DNA of 64,000 bases from a virus (taxonomy: Duplodnaviria; Heunggongvirae; Uroviricota; Caudoviricetes). Below, one piece after another: positions 55,347 through 63,771 of this stretch. The stretch covers positions 14,633 to 78,632 of IMG/VR virus record IMGVR_UViG_3300032893_000003. One strand, written 5' to 3'. Under the pieces are notes generated by a model. It saw nothing but the letters and a program-made list of their open reading frames with translations, searched no databases and had not been told where the DNA came from. A program made the position numbers and the translations under genes. Each line of letters opens with the position of its first letter. The stretch's first letter is position 1.

Positions 55347-56340
55347 CTGGAATCCCCTCTACCGCCTTCATGACATCATTGAACGGCGTTTTTAAAATTG
55401 TCGTCCGATCCTCGTCGAATCCATAGACTACGGTATCATTAGTCGCAGTTTCGCGCTTCTGAATAATACCAAAAACGTCGCCATGCAAGTTATCGATATA
55501 ATGGATAAAAGCGGCTTCCGGACACGCAAAGGTCATAGGACTTCCCCACCTTTTAAAGCGATGGTGGGACAACACTACATGCATCATGTGGTCACGTACC
55601 TCTTCCGGTACGCCTAGTTTGTTGCAGGTCTCAAGGATCCGCGCCGCTACCATCGGAATATGACCGACTAAAATGCCTTGCAGCCGCTTCTTAAATCCAG
55701 GCTCTGTGCTGTACTCATAGATCTTGCCGAAGTCATGGAACATAACCCCGAACATACAGAGGTCTTTGTTAAGCGGCTTTTTAAAGAAGGGGAACTCTAA
55801 AAGCTTTTCGCATATTTGAAGCATCTGGAGAGTATGCTCTAAAAGCCCGTGCAGGAATGCATGATGCATTCCGGTCGCGGCCGGCGCTTTACGAAATAGC
55901 TCAGTTGACTCTGCGTCGAACAAACTCGCAGCAACCGATTTAAAAGTTTCGCTCTCAAATCCAGTCAAATATTTTTGAAAGTCGGTCCACATCTGCTCAG
56001 GATCGTAATCCGAAGTTTTAAAGAAATCTTTCTCGTCAAATTTAATCTTCGGGTGGCTAAAGCCATTTAGTTTTCCAGACAGCTTTTCTTTATATTCTGA
56101 AACTTGGATGCTCACTTCGTAGACTGCGCCGGCTTTCATGCCCAGGCAAGTGCCCGCATCATCAAGGGTGTGGTTCCACACATTGGCTTCGAGCGTGCCT
56201 GTTTTGTCAGCGAGAACTGCGACGACAAACGGTTCGTTGTTTGATGCTTTATACTTTTGGTTGAGCGCCTGGATCAAGTATAATTCTGTTACCGTCATCC
56301 CCGGTTTTAGGTCTTTTATCCATACCCTTTGATCGTTCAT
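55336..56340 (-). CDS. OB-fold plus HD-domain 3'-5' exoribonuclease (YhaM/Cbf1-like)
   Basis: LADKTG..ANVW, PAATGMHHAFLHGLLEH, FHDFGKIYEY, SHH, IDNL. Confidence 0.85.
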   Translation of the reverse strand: MNDQRVWIKDLKPGMTVTELYLIQALNQKYKASNNEPFVVAVLADKTGTLEANVWNHTLDDAGTCLGMKAGAVYEVSIQVSEYKEKLSGKLNGFSHPKIKFDEKDFFKTSDYDPEQMWTDFQKYLTGFESETFKSVAASLFDAESTELFRKAPAATGMHHAFLHGLLEHTLQMLQICEKLLEFPFFKKPLNKDLCMFGVMFHDFGKIYEYSTEPGFKKRLQGILVGHIPMVAARILETCNKLGVPEEVRDHMMHVVLSHHRFKRWGSPMTFACPEAAFIHYIDNLHGDVFGIIQKRETATNDTVVYGFDEDRTTILKTPFNDVMKAVEGIPDGF

Positions 56341-56662
56341 AATCCTCCCGAAACTGATTCAAATAGCCATCAAAATGATGACGCAAAACCATAGTGCTCG
56401 CTGAAAAAACTTCTTTGGGCTTTAGTTGACCGCCCGCAAGCATGACCACTGAAGCGATACTCTGAGCTGCGCACTGAAAAAAAGCACCTTGTACAATAGA
56501 CATCTGAATATGCTTTGGCAAATCCGCAAAGGGATTTGAGGCATCTTTCAGAATGATGGCGGGCTTTTTAAAAAGCTCTTCGATGACTGCGCCGAAAGCA
56601 CCGATCAGTGTTGTAATGCCCTCTTCAACAACTTCCCCGTACTGAAGTTTTTCTTTCTCCAT
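56249..56662 (-). CDS. Hypothetical protein
   Basis: AAGGGAG RBS; long overlap with the next gene. Confidence 0.6.
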   Translation of the reverse strand: MEKEKLQYGEVVEEGITTLIGAFGAVIEELFKKPAIILKDASNPFADLPKHIQMSIVQGAFFQCAAQSIASVVMLAGGQLKPKEVFSASTMVLRHHFDGYLNQFREDYERSKGMDKRPKTGDDGNRIILDPGAQPKV

Positions 56663-56785
56663 GGATCTCCCTTAAACATGGGCCGCCTCTACAGTAAAGT
56701 GGCCGGCAGCCTAACAATTAAAAGCTATGTCGGATGTCTGTAGAAATTCTAGTCAACCCACCACACCATCCCGAGCGACCGCGGA

Positions 56786-57238
56786 CTAGCGCGTACGCAG
56801 CTTTTTCTTCTTTTCTTTAGCCTTAATCTTTAATTCCTGGAATTCAACCATTTTCTCTAAAGCTATTGCGATGCGCTCCACGATATCGTTCCCTTCGGAA
56901 CAAAGTTTTTCCATGGCATTACGATGCACTTGCGCATGCCTCATTTCCTCAACAACGGCTTTTCTGTGGGCTCTAGCGTTTCCAATGTCTTCTGCTATTA
57001 AGAGACGCTGGGCTGCTTCTGCTTCGCGCTCTTTTAAGCCATTTTCGATAAACTTATCGAGGCGCGCGACATTAGCCATCAGAACCTGATCGCGCTCTTT
57101 TCCAACCTTTTCAAAATGAAGAACATTGGTTGTGAAATCAAGACTTTGCTTCTTAATCTCATCTCTAATCGATGCCTGTCCGAGCCTTACGTGCTGAATG
57201 ATGAGTTGCTCGATCTCTTCGCGTTTCAATCCGAACAT
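56786..57238 (-). CDS. Coiled-coil hypothetical protein
   Basis: AAGGAG RBS. Confidence 0.7.
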   Translation of the reverse strand: MFGLKREEIEQLIIQHVRLGQASIRDEIKKQSLDFTTNVLHFEKVGKERDQVLMANVARLDKFIENGLKEREAEAAQRLLIAEDIGNARAHRKAVVEEMRHAQVHRNAMEKLCSEGNDIVERIAIALEKMVEFQELKIKAKEKKKKLRTR

Positions 57239-57407
57239 CTTGTGTCTCCTTTTTTAAAGTTTTTATTCCTTGCTCAAACCCTATGATCATTCCCCGCATA
57301 TAGTCGTATTCCGATAACAGGATTCTGAAATCAAATGGGTGACCATCGCGCAATTTCTCGTGCTCTGGAAAGGTGCCATCATCGTTTTTAAACTTGTTCT
57401 GGGACAT
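57165..57407 (-). CDS. Hypothetical protein
   Basis: Operonic small ORF. Confidence 0.55.
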   Translation of the reverse strand: MSQNKFKNDDGTFPEHEKLRDGHPFDFRILLSEYDYMRGMIIGFEQGIKTLKKETQDVRIETRRDRATHHSARKARTGID

Positions 57408-57630
57408 TGCTGTACCCCACATCCGGATAAGCTTTCTTAAGATAGCTCATGGCATTTTTATAAAACGTAAAATGCGGGTTCGGATCAGAACCATCCTTAC
57501 CGATCTTAGGAACTCCGCAAACCGAAACGATGCGGTAAGCATTGTCTGGTCCCTGATGTGCGATCAGTTTTTTGACCCAGTTAATCGGGTCTATTGTACT
57601 TGGATAAGTTGTTGTGTTTTTCGCGCTCAT
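57388..57630 (-). CDS. Hypothetical protein
   Basis: AGGAGAG RBS. Confidence 0.6.
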   Translation of the reverse strand: MSAKNTTTYPSTIDPINWVKKLIAHQGPDNAYRIVSVCGVPKIGKDGSDPNPHFTFYKNAMSYLKKAYPDVGYSNVPEQV

Positions 57631-57805
57631 AGTCTCTCCTATCAAAAATTGCTTTAAAAATTGCTACCAAAATTAAAATTGCGATGAATCCAAATAATGC
57701 TAAGACGGGTAATAGCACTACATACCATGACCACTGGATCACGCCAGAAATCTTCAACGATACAAAGATAATCGTGAGTATAACGGGGACGTCAACACTC
57801 ATCAT
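57581..57805 (-). CDS. Small two-TM membrane protein
   Basis: AAGGAG RBS; LKISGVIQWSWYVVLLP. Confidence 0.65.
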   Translation of the reverse strand: MMSVDVPVILTIIFVSLKISGVIQWSWYVVLLPVLALFGFIAILILVAIFKAIFDRRDYEREKHNNLSKYNRPD

Positions 57806-57996
57806 TTCTCCTTCCTTCGCCAAACGATTACTTTGGTGTTCCAGTCCGCGTAACAATACACAAATGCAATCGGAGCCAGTAGAACTCCGAGCACAATATC
57901 TCCTACAGTAAGTTCGTCTTGATTAAAATATGACCATGTTAAAAGTAGGACTATAAGCACAGCCCAAACTATCCCGACGTATTCGTACCAAACCAT
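57802..57996 (-). CDS. Small membrane protein
   Basis: AAGGAG RBS; hydrophobic. Confidence 0.65.
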   Translation of the reverse strand: MVWYEYVGIVWAVLIVLLLTWSYFNQDELTVGDIVLGVLLAPIAFVYCYADWNTKVIVWRRKEK

Positions 57997-58043
57997 AATG
58001 AGTCTCCTTAAAGTAAAAAGATTATAGGAAAAAAGTTCCTAGT

Positions 58044-58340
58044 TCAAGGGCATTGATTGATGTATTTTAGCCGCCAATCATCAGCATCGGCTTGAACGCT
58101 AAGTGTGTGGTCGCGACAATTTTGGAGCTCCGCTCGGCTCTTTTCGACCTGTCCATAGCAAGTCAATAAGAGCTCCTGGTAAGTCCTAAGACTCTCTAAA
58201 ATGCCTTTATTGGGCTTGCACTTAGGGACGATAGGCGGAGCTGGACAGTGGACTTCTACTGTATTGGCATTATGCGGCGAATACCGTGGGGCGAGGAAGC
58301 CAATTATGATTCCGGCAAGGAATGCCATCATGACCTTCAT
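58044..58340 (-). CDS. Signal-anchored Cys-containing coiled-coil protein (possibly spanin-like)
   Basis: N-terminal TM helix; function speculative. Confidence 0.5.
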   Translation of the reverse strand: MKVMMAFLAGIIIGFLAPRYSPHNANTVEVHCPAPPIVPKCKPNKGILESLRTYQELLLTCYGQVEKSRAELQNCRDHTLSVQADADDWRLKYINQCP

Positions 58341-58498
58341 ATCGATATTATAGCTTATTTGTTTAATTTAGATAAACTAGCGGCAGCCCTTAGACTGGTT
58401 CTCAGATCCCCACAGAGGCTGTAAGTTAGTGAAATGAAAACACTTTATCTGTTCGCTGATACGAGTGCGCCTTTTCTCGATTGCTTCTGGCGTAGGCA

Positions 58499-59491
58499 TT
58501 AATCGACGGTTATCTCGTCTTCCGACCGTGCGCGGAAATAATCGTGGATCTCGTGCTGAAGGCGGGGCTTATCGCGCAGATACAAGAGACCCTGACGATC
58601 GTAAGCTAGGTCATGGTCTGGCGAGAAATGGTTCTCATAGAGAATCGCCCAGCGCTCACGGTAATAGCGTTTTTTCTTGGGGCCGTGGAACTTGTGCTCG
58701 ATGCGGGTTTTTACGAAGCCTAAATGCCCCTGAGTAATGCGATAAGCGTGTCCCTGCCACTCATGGCACTTGCGTTTGAAATCCTCGCCCATGCGCTTAT
58801 GGATCGATCTATCAACCTCGTTAATCATCGCCCAGGCCATGTGATGGTCAGCTGAACCTAAAATAGCCCAATCAATCAGCCCCCAACCGGGGATATTCTC
58901 CCAGAATAGACGAGTGCATGCCCACTGAAATCCCGAATGCGCGTACATATACGGCTGTGAGGGATGGGTTTGCTTAGGAACCCCAAGACGGTGCACGTAA
59001 CAAAAACTTTGGAAGTGCTTTAATACCTCGCCGTAAGGACCCAGATCAAGGCAATCTCTCCATGGCTGCACAACATGATAATGCTGTAGTTGATGAAGCG
59101 TTTCTTGAGCCCACCCAGGAGTAGTGTGGAAAATGTCCGTATCCGACCAGCATACATACCGCCAGTTTGTTGGCAGCAGATGCCGGACGGCTAAATTAAT
59201 CATGTTTTCTTTGTGCCAAAGTTCATGCGATGTCCGGAGTTGCAAATGCCGCGGATTATTAGGATCTGTTACTTCAAATTGGCGATCGCCAAACGCGATC
59301 TCAACTGCATAAACCTGAACATGCGGAGTCTCCTCCATCTGTTTGTACCATTCTCTAAAAAGGCGATAACGTGAGTGATAACGAACAGGATTAGAAATGA
59401 CACCGACTACGTGCAAGGTGTTGTCATGGGTTAGCTCAGGATTGTGTATGTGATTCGGAATATGGTCATGAATTGAACATACTGCTGACAT
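58499..59491 (-). CDS. GT-A-like glycosyltransferase-family protein
   Basis: LWHKENMINL, VCWSDTD (DxD-like), VVQPW; AGGAG RBS. Confidence 0.6.
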   Translation of the reverse strand: MSAVCSIHDHIPNHIHNPELTHDNTLHVVGVISNPVRYHSRYRLFREWYKQMEETPHVQVYAVEIAFGDRQFEVTDPNNPRHLQLRTSHELWHKENMINLAVRHLLPTNWRYVCWSDTDIFHTTPGWAQETLHQLQHYHVVQPWRDCLDLGPYGEVLKHFQSFCYVHRLGVPKQTHPSQPYMYAHSGFQWACTRLFWENIPGWGLIDWAILGSADHHMAWAMINEVDRSIHKRMGEDFKRKCHEWQGHAYRITQGHLGFVKTRIEHKFHGPKKKRYYRERWAILYENHFSPDHDLAYDRQGLLYLRDKPRLQHEIHDYFRARSEDEITVD

Positions 59492-59571
59492 TTGGAGTCT
59501 CCTAGGTTTTATATCGACGCGTCGTCAATACTCTAACCTAGGTTGACTAATTGTGGTACAACTTTCAAGCT

Positions 59572-59808
59572 CTAAACTGTTGGATGCACCCAGACAATTT
59601 TGGTCTTTCCCCCGTGGCCATGGATTTTCTCACACTTTTCAATCGATTCATACCATGTGACACTTGCATCTTCAGTCAGCCAGCAAAGGCTGACCCATCC
59701 GTTTGACCAGACAATCCCCTCAGCCACGATACCCGTACCACTGGTGCCGGATAGATCCTCAAGCCGCTCGAACCAGAACTGTCTCGGCGCGGACCTCAAG
59801 AGTTTCAT
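59572..59808 (-). CDS. Conserved phage hypothetical protein
   Basis: RLEDLSGTSGTGIVAEG...HGHGG motif. Confidence 0.7.
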   Translation of the reverse strand: MKLLRSAPRQFWFERLEDLSGTSGTGIVAEGIVWSNGWVSLCWLTEDASVTWYESIEKCEKIHGHGGKTKIVWVHPTV

Positions 59809-59809
59809 T

Positions 59810-60091
59810 TTAGTGCCTAAAGAGCTTATCCAGCTTATGTCTCAAGTCGTTTACTAATATTTCTTTGACCTCTTTTGTTGCGGATTTAGTTAAGGCCGCA
59901 ATCTTAGGTAAGGTCTCGAGAGGCGGCATAGCCTCTCCCCGCTCCCAGTTTGAAACAAACTGCGGGGATTTATAGCCAAGTTTGGTGGCAAGATCAGCCT
60001 GTGTTACCCCAGCCTTTATTCTATTTCTCTTAATAACCTGGCCAACTTCGGCCATAGCTTTTTCGCTGAACATTTTAAATTTCCTTTCCAT
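59810..60091 (-). CDS. XRE/Cro-CI HTH regulator
   Basis: RIKAGVTQADLATKLGYKSPQFVSNWERG. Confidence 0.9.
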   Translation of the reverse strand: MERKFKMFSEKAMAEVGQVIKRNRIKAGVTQADLATKLGYKSPQFVSNWERGEAMPPLETLPKIAALTKSATKEVKEILVNDLRHKLDKLFRH

Positions 60092-60137
60092 CGTTGAGCA
60101 ATCCTTTTAGCGTAAACCTTGTCAGCAGTAAACACTT

Positions 60138-60632
60138 TTAGTTAATGACTTGAAGAGTCTTTCGGTCATACCACCAACTTCGCCAATATTCTTGCGGCCA
60201 TTTTTTCAAATGGACCTTCGTAATACAGCGCATTTCATTGGCAGCTTTAACTGCTTTTTGAATGTCATAAAAAGGAAACCATATAATAATGACCTTCTTA
60301 GTGACATAGCTCGTGGCACGAAGTTTTTCCTCTTTTAAACAAAAAACTTCCATGGGAATAGCGTTGTCCGGCCCGCCCCACCATTTTACAGGCTTTGAAA
60401 CATCCAAGCTATGTGCTGCATATTCATAAACCGTTCCATCCTCCCAATCCATGACGACTTTCGACGACACCGCTTTTGGCTGCTCATCCATGCTGTCAAG
60501 ATCGTACTCCTCAATAGAGTATGACGTGTTAAAGCCGCCAACCCATTGGACTGCGAGCTCTTCTTTTGTAAATACCCGCGCGACGCGGTAATCGGAATAT
60601 TCGCCTGATGTAACTACCCAGCATTTAGCCAT
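60138..60632 (-). CDS. Hypothetical protein
   Basis: N-terminal SGEYSDY motif common in phage ORFs. Confidence 0.7.
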   Translation of the reverse strand: MAKCWVVTSGEYSDYRVARVFTKEELAVQWVGGFNTSYSIEEYDLDSMDEQPKAVSSKVVMDWEDGTVYEYAAHSLDVSKPVKWWGGPDNAIPMEVFCLKEEKLRATSYVTKKVIIIWFPFYDIQKAVKAANEMRCITKVHLKKWPQEYWRSWWYDRKTLQVIN

Positions 60633-61071
60633 TGGGAATCCTTTCTCTTACGCGATCATAAATAACAATGCTTCCAGCAACAGCCAGGTTGAGAGAGAAC
60701 GTACCCGGGAGTCGCACTAAGTGATGACATCTGGCCAGAACTTGTTCTGGCAAGCCATGGTCTTCGGCACCTAATAGATAAATAGCCCTGTGCGGATGCG
60801 AAAACTTCTCGATAGATATGCCCTCAGGTACTAACTCTAAGCCAACAAGTTTACAATCGCGCGGAATATTTTCGTAGAATTTATCAAACGATTCGTACTC
60901 AAAAAGTGGCGTGTGCCTCGTGGCTTTAACAGTGTCAGATGCCTGGTTGCGGTATCTGTGACCTATTGTAGCTAAAAATTTTGCGCCAAGAATGTGAGCG
61001 GTACGCCAGAGGCTACCGACATTAATGGAGCGTTTGGGGTGATATACAGCCACCCCGAAATAGCCTCTCAT
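60625..61071 (-). CDS. SpoU/TrmH-family RNA 2'-O-methyltransferase
   Basis: NVGSLWRTA, LGAEDHGL, SLNLAVAGSIVIYD. Confidence 0.9.
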   Translation of the reverse strand: MRGYFGVAVYHPKRSINVGSLWRTAHILGAKFLATIGHRYRNQASDTVKATRHTPLFEYESFDKFYENIPRDCKLVGLELVPEGISIEKFSHPHRAIYLLGAEDHGLPEQVLARCHHLVRLPGTFSLNLAVAGSIVIYDRVRERIPNG

Positions 61072-61096
61072 TTAAATCTCCTTGAAGTTTAAAAAA

Positions 61097-61163
61097 CGCG
61101 CGCAGGCTGTTTAGGTTCTCACAGCATTACTCCTAATTGCCCCGCTGGGGTTAACTGCGCGCG
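61097..61163 (-). ncRNA. Cloverleaf-like structured element (non-canonical)
   Basis: 9-bp closing stem CGCGCGCAG/CTGCGCGCG with arms CCCC/GGGG, ATTA/TAAT and GCTGT/ACAGC, followed by T6. Confidence 0.35.
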
Positions 61164-61167
61164 CCGT

Positions 61168-61728
61168 TTAGTATGCTTTATTACCATGGCGAAAAGAACG
61201 GGTCTTATTGTAATCCATCTTAAGACGCATTACTTTTTCAAGATCCCAGCCGTTCTTTTGAAAATATTTCTCAATAAGTCTCACAGCTCCAGATAGACAA
61301 TCATGCGCCGCCCCGAACTCGGCACGTGAGATAAGCTTTACAAAGTGCATATGATGCTCAAGCGGGTCATCGCTAATACTAAGACCGCCAGGAATCCATT
61401 CTTCAACTTGCCAACCTTTGTGACCAAAATAGTCAAGAATGCGAATGACCGCGTCTGCGAGCTCGACGGCTTCGCCCTCGGGCTTCAGACTTGGTGTCCA
61501 GTGCTTACTGTCCGGAGTGAATGCCATAGGGCCGTCAAGGCCGCGGTCATGCACCTGATAGATTGCCGGCTTTTTCGACCGCACTTCTTCCGTGGCCTCG
61601 GCGATCTCAGAAACGATGAGCATCCTGATAGCATCAAACGATTTCATCGGAACATCTTTATGTTGTTCCGACGGCCACCAGCCTTTTTCTTTTGCGGTCT
61701 CGTAGATTTCCGATATTAAGTGGTTCAT
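61168..61728 (-). CDS. MazG-like nucleotide pyrophosphohydrolase
   Basis: MLIVSEIAEATEE, EGEAVELADAVIRILD, KMDYNKTRSFRHGNK; AGGAG RBS. Confidence 0.8.
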   Translation of the reverse strand: MNHLISEIYETAKEKGWWPSEQHKDVPMKSFDAIRMLIVSEIAEATEEVRSKKPAIYQVHDRGLDGPMAFTPDSKHWTPSLKPEGEAVELADAVIRILDYFGHKGWQVEEWIPGGLSISDDPLEHHMHFVKLISRAEFGAAHDCLSGAVRLIEKYFQKNGWDLEKVMRLKMDYNKTRSFRHGNKAY

Positions 61729-61751
61729 AGATCTCCTAAATAAATTAACGC

Positions 61752-61874
61752 TATTTACAGTAATTCGTAAGCCCACAAAAGGCAAACAACAAAAAGACCA
61801 AAGCTATGAATCGAGATAGACGTGATGAGTTGAATCAAAGCAACAGTGGCTGCCCCAAACAATAGATTCTTCAT
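61752..61874 (-). CDS. 40-aa hydrophobic peptide missed by the ORF track
   Basis: MKNLLFGAATVALIQLITSISIHSFGLLLFAFCGLTNYCK*. Confidence 0.45.
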
Positions 61875-62071
61875 GTTAACCCCCAAAGCTACCATTATAT
61901 CCCCCTTATCTTCTAGAATGTAAGTGCTTGAAATAACTCAGTTGACGCTCAGCTCAGAGCATCAACGTCTAGTAACCTCTAGCAATAACTTCTAGTAAAT
62001 TATTGTAAACTGTCTTTATTTACTTATAACCAGAAACCAGGCGAAATCGCCCAGTTTCTGGTCATTAAGAT

Positions 62072-62932
62072 TTAAGCAGCTTGCGGAAGTTGTGCAGTCG
62101 GCACAGTGGCAGGTTTTTTAGCACCGCTGGTGGCTGGAAGCCGGCGCAGAGTGTAGAAGTCATCAGCGTACATTTCCATGTAAGCGTACGGCAAGAAGCC
62201 ATAGCCCGCTTGACCCCAAGAAACGCCCCAGCTATTTCGGAAGATGAACCACTGGTTCATATCATCATAGCCAACACATAGAAGCGCATGACCACCTTGA
62301 ATGGTATCGCCACGGCCGCCAGGCATTGGGATAATACCAGTCATTGCCGCCTGCTGGCTCAGAAATGAGCTGTAAACAGGGATACCAAAAAGGTGCGGGA
62401 ATCCATTAGCGAGGCAACGTTTAAGCTCCGTAAGGTCACTGAGTTCGTAAAAGAACGGTACCTTGTGATGGTAAGCCTCTCCATAAGCCTGAGAAGTCGG
62501 GCAGCGCAGGAGATTCGATTGCAGGTAGGGCCATGTGCTTTCGCGGGGTACGCCTTTTGATTGGACGGCTACGCAAGCATCTCGCAGTGTCGTGGCACCG
62601 GCATCCTGTCCAGTTGTCCCTTCAAGCGCGCGCTCATTCCAGTAAATAAAAAGCCGCGAAACGGGATCAAACTTGCCAGGAACATATTCCTGAGGTTGTG
62701 CGCCAGGTAGCGGAAGCTCTTGAAGTTCAAGAAACTCCACAGCACCGGCTGTGGCATTCCCACTACAAGAACCCATTTGCAGTTGGTCCATGACGGGAGA
62801 GCATTTGGGTCTTAGATCCATGCTCGCCGGCAAGATGAGGCGCGGAACCGCAAGCTCGATGTGTTTATATTGTTTGTCGTTTGCATCCTTAAGCGATGGT
62901 CGCCAGTTAAGGACACGCCCTTGAACTACCAT
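62072..62932 (-). CDS. Papain-like C1A cysteine peptidase
   Basis: DQLQMGSCSGNA, GGHALLCVGY, FRNSWG. Confidence 0.92.
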   Translation of the reverse strand: MVVQGRVLNWRPSLKDANDKQYKHIELAVPRLILPASMDLRPKCSPVMDQLQMGSCSGNATAGAVEFLELQELPLPGAQPQEYVPGKFDPVSRLFIYWNERALEGTTGQDAGATTLRDACVAVQSKGVPRESTWPYLQSNLLRCPTSQAYGEAYHHKVPFFYELSDLTELKRCLANGFPHLFGIPVYSSFLSQQAAMTGIIPMPGGRGDTIQGGHALLCVGYDDMNQWFIFRNSWGVSWGQAGYGFLPYAYMEMYADDFYTLRRLPATSGAKKPATVPTAQLPQAA

Positions 62933-62989
62933 GATATCCTCCTTTGGATAGGAGGATACATTGTAGACCCTAAATGGTAGTTTTAAAAG

Positions 62990-63066
62990 TGGAGGTCGTA
63001 GAGGGATTCGAACCCACGTAAAACGGATTTAGAGTCCGTCAGCATATGCCGCTCTGCCATACGACC
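62990..63066 (-). tRNA. tRNA with CUA anticodon (amber suppressor), tRNA-Cys-like body
   Basis: GGTCGTA/TACGACC acceptor stem, U73, encoded CCA; anticodon arm ACGGA-CTCTAAA-TCCGT; TTCGAAT T-loop. Confidence 0.9.
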
Positions 63067-63414
63067 TTATTTAGATTGCAAATCCTTGTCTGACTTGAGG
63101 CCTCTAATAGACCTTATGATCGTGCTAGAAAGGTGCGCATTTTTGGGATCACACACGAAAAAGACAATCGGAATTTTAATCCCGTAGCTTTCATACCACG
63201 TTTTGAGGCTTCGCTCATATTCAAAGTCCAGAATGTTTCTTAAGCCTCTAACGATGGCATCGTACGGATTTTTTGCCAAATAGTCTGACAAAAGCCCCGT
63301 CTCTTTAGTCACCGTTAGGATATGGACTTCATCAAAGACCTTCTTTGCTTGCTGGTAAATGTCTTCGTGCCCCTCGTGCCAGGGATTAAAAGAACCTGGA
63401 TATAAAGCTCGCAT
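63067..63414 (-). CDS. Short CoaD/PPAT-like nucleotidyltransferase
   Basis: YPGSFNPWHEGH, IVRGLR..DFEYE, LSSTIIR. Confidence 0.8.
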   Translation of the reverse strand: MRALYPGSFNPWHEGHEDIYQQAKKVFDEVHILTVTKETGLLSDYLAKNPYDAIVRGLRNILDFEYERSLKTWYESYGIKIPIVFFVCDPKNAHLSSTIIRSIRGLKSDKDLQSK

Positions 63415-63724
63415 CTGCCCACCTCAATGTGTAAATTAAACACGTCATGTGAATGGCTTGATCAGCTCCAATCGTGATCCAAAAGCCTTTCATGTTCTGC
63501 TTAAGGTAAAAGTTCTTACTCAGTTTTGACGTAATAAAATCTGTCACAAAGTGGGCTGCGCCGTTGATCACAGCATACTGCCAGCCGAGCACAAATAAAA
63601 AGACTGTGTACTCGCAGCAATGACAAGTAAGCCACGAAAGCGATTTGCTCTTGTTATCAGCCATGCGGCGGGTTTGAAAAATGAAATCGGCAATGAAATG
63701 AATCCAGATAACTAAATAAATCAT
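63386..63724 (-). CDS. DUF3307-like membrane protein
   Basis: HFIADFIFQT, HFVTD, GADQAIH. Confidence 0.75.
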   Translation of the reverse strand: MIYLVIWIHFIADFIFQTRRMADNKSKSLSWLTCHCCEYTVFLFVLGWQYAVINGAAHFVTDFITSKLSKNFYLKQNMKGFWITIGADQAIHMTCLIYTLRWADASFISRFF

Positions 63725-63771
63725 AAATCTCCAGTTGGTGTCGGGGCGAAGATCGCCCCGACTTCATGAGC

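Noticed and set aside
61168-61728. Short internal repeat in the MazG-like protein (FGHKGWQVEE / FQKNGWDLEK)
   Set aside because: Too short to distinguish from the ordinary helical repeat pattern of this family.
62990-63066. Pyrrolysine tRNA
   Set aside because: Canonical T-loop, U73 discriminator and normal D-arm, unlike tRNA-Pyl; no pyl genes seen.
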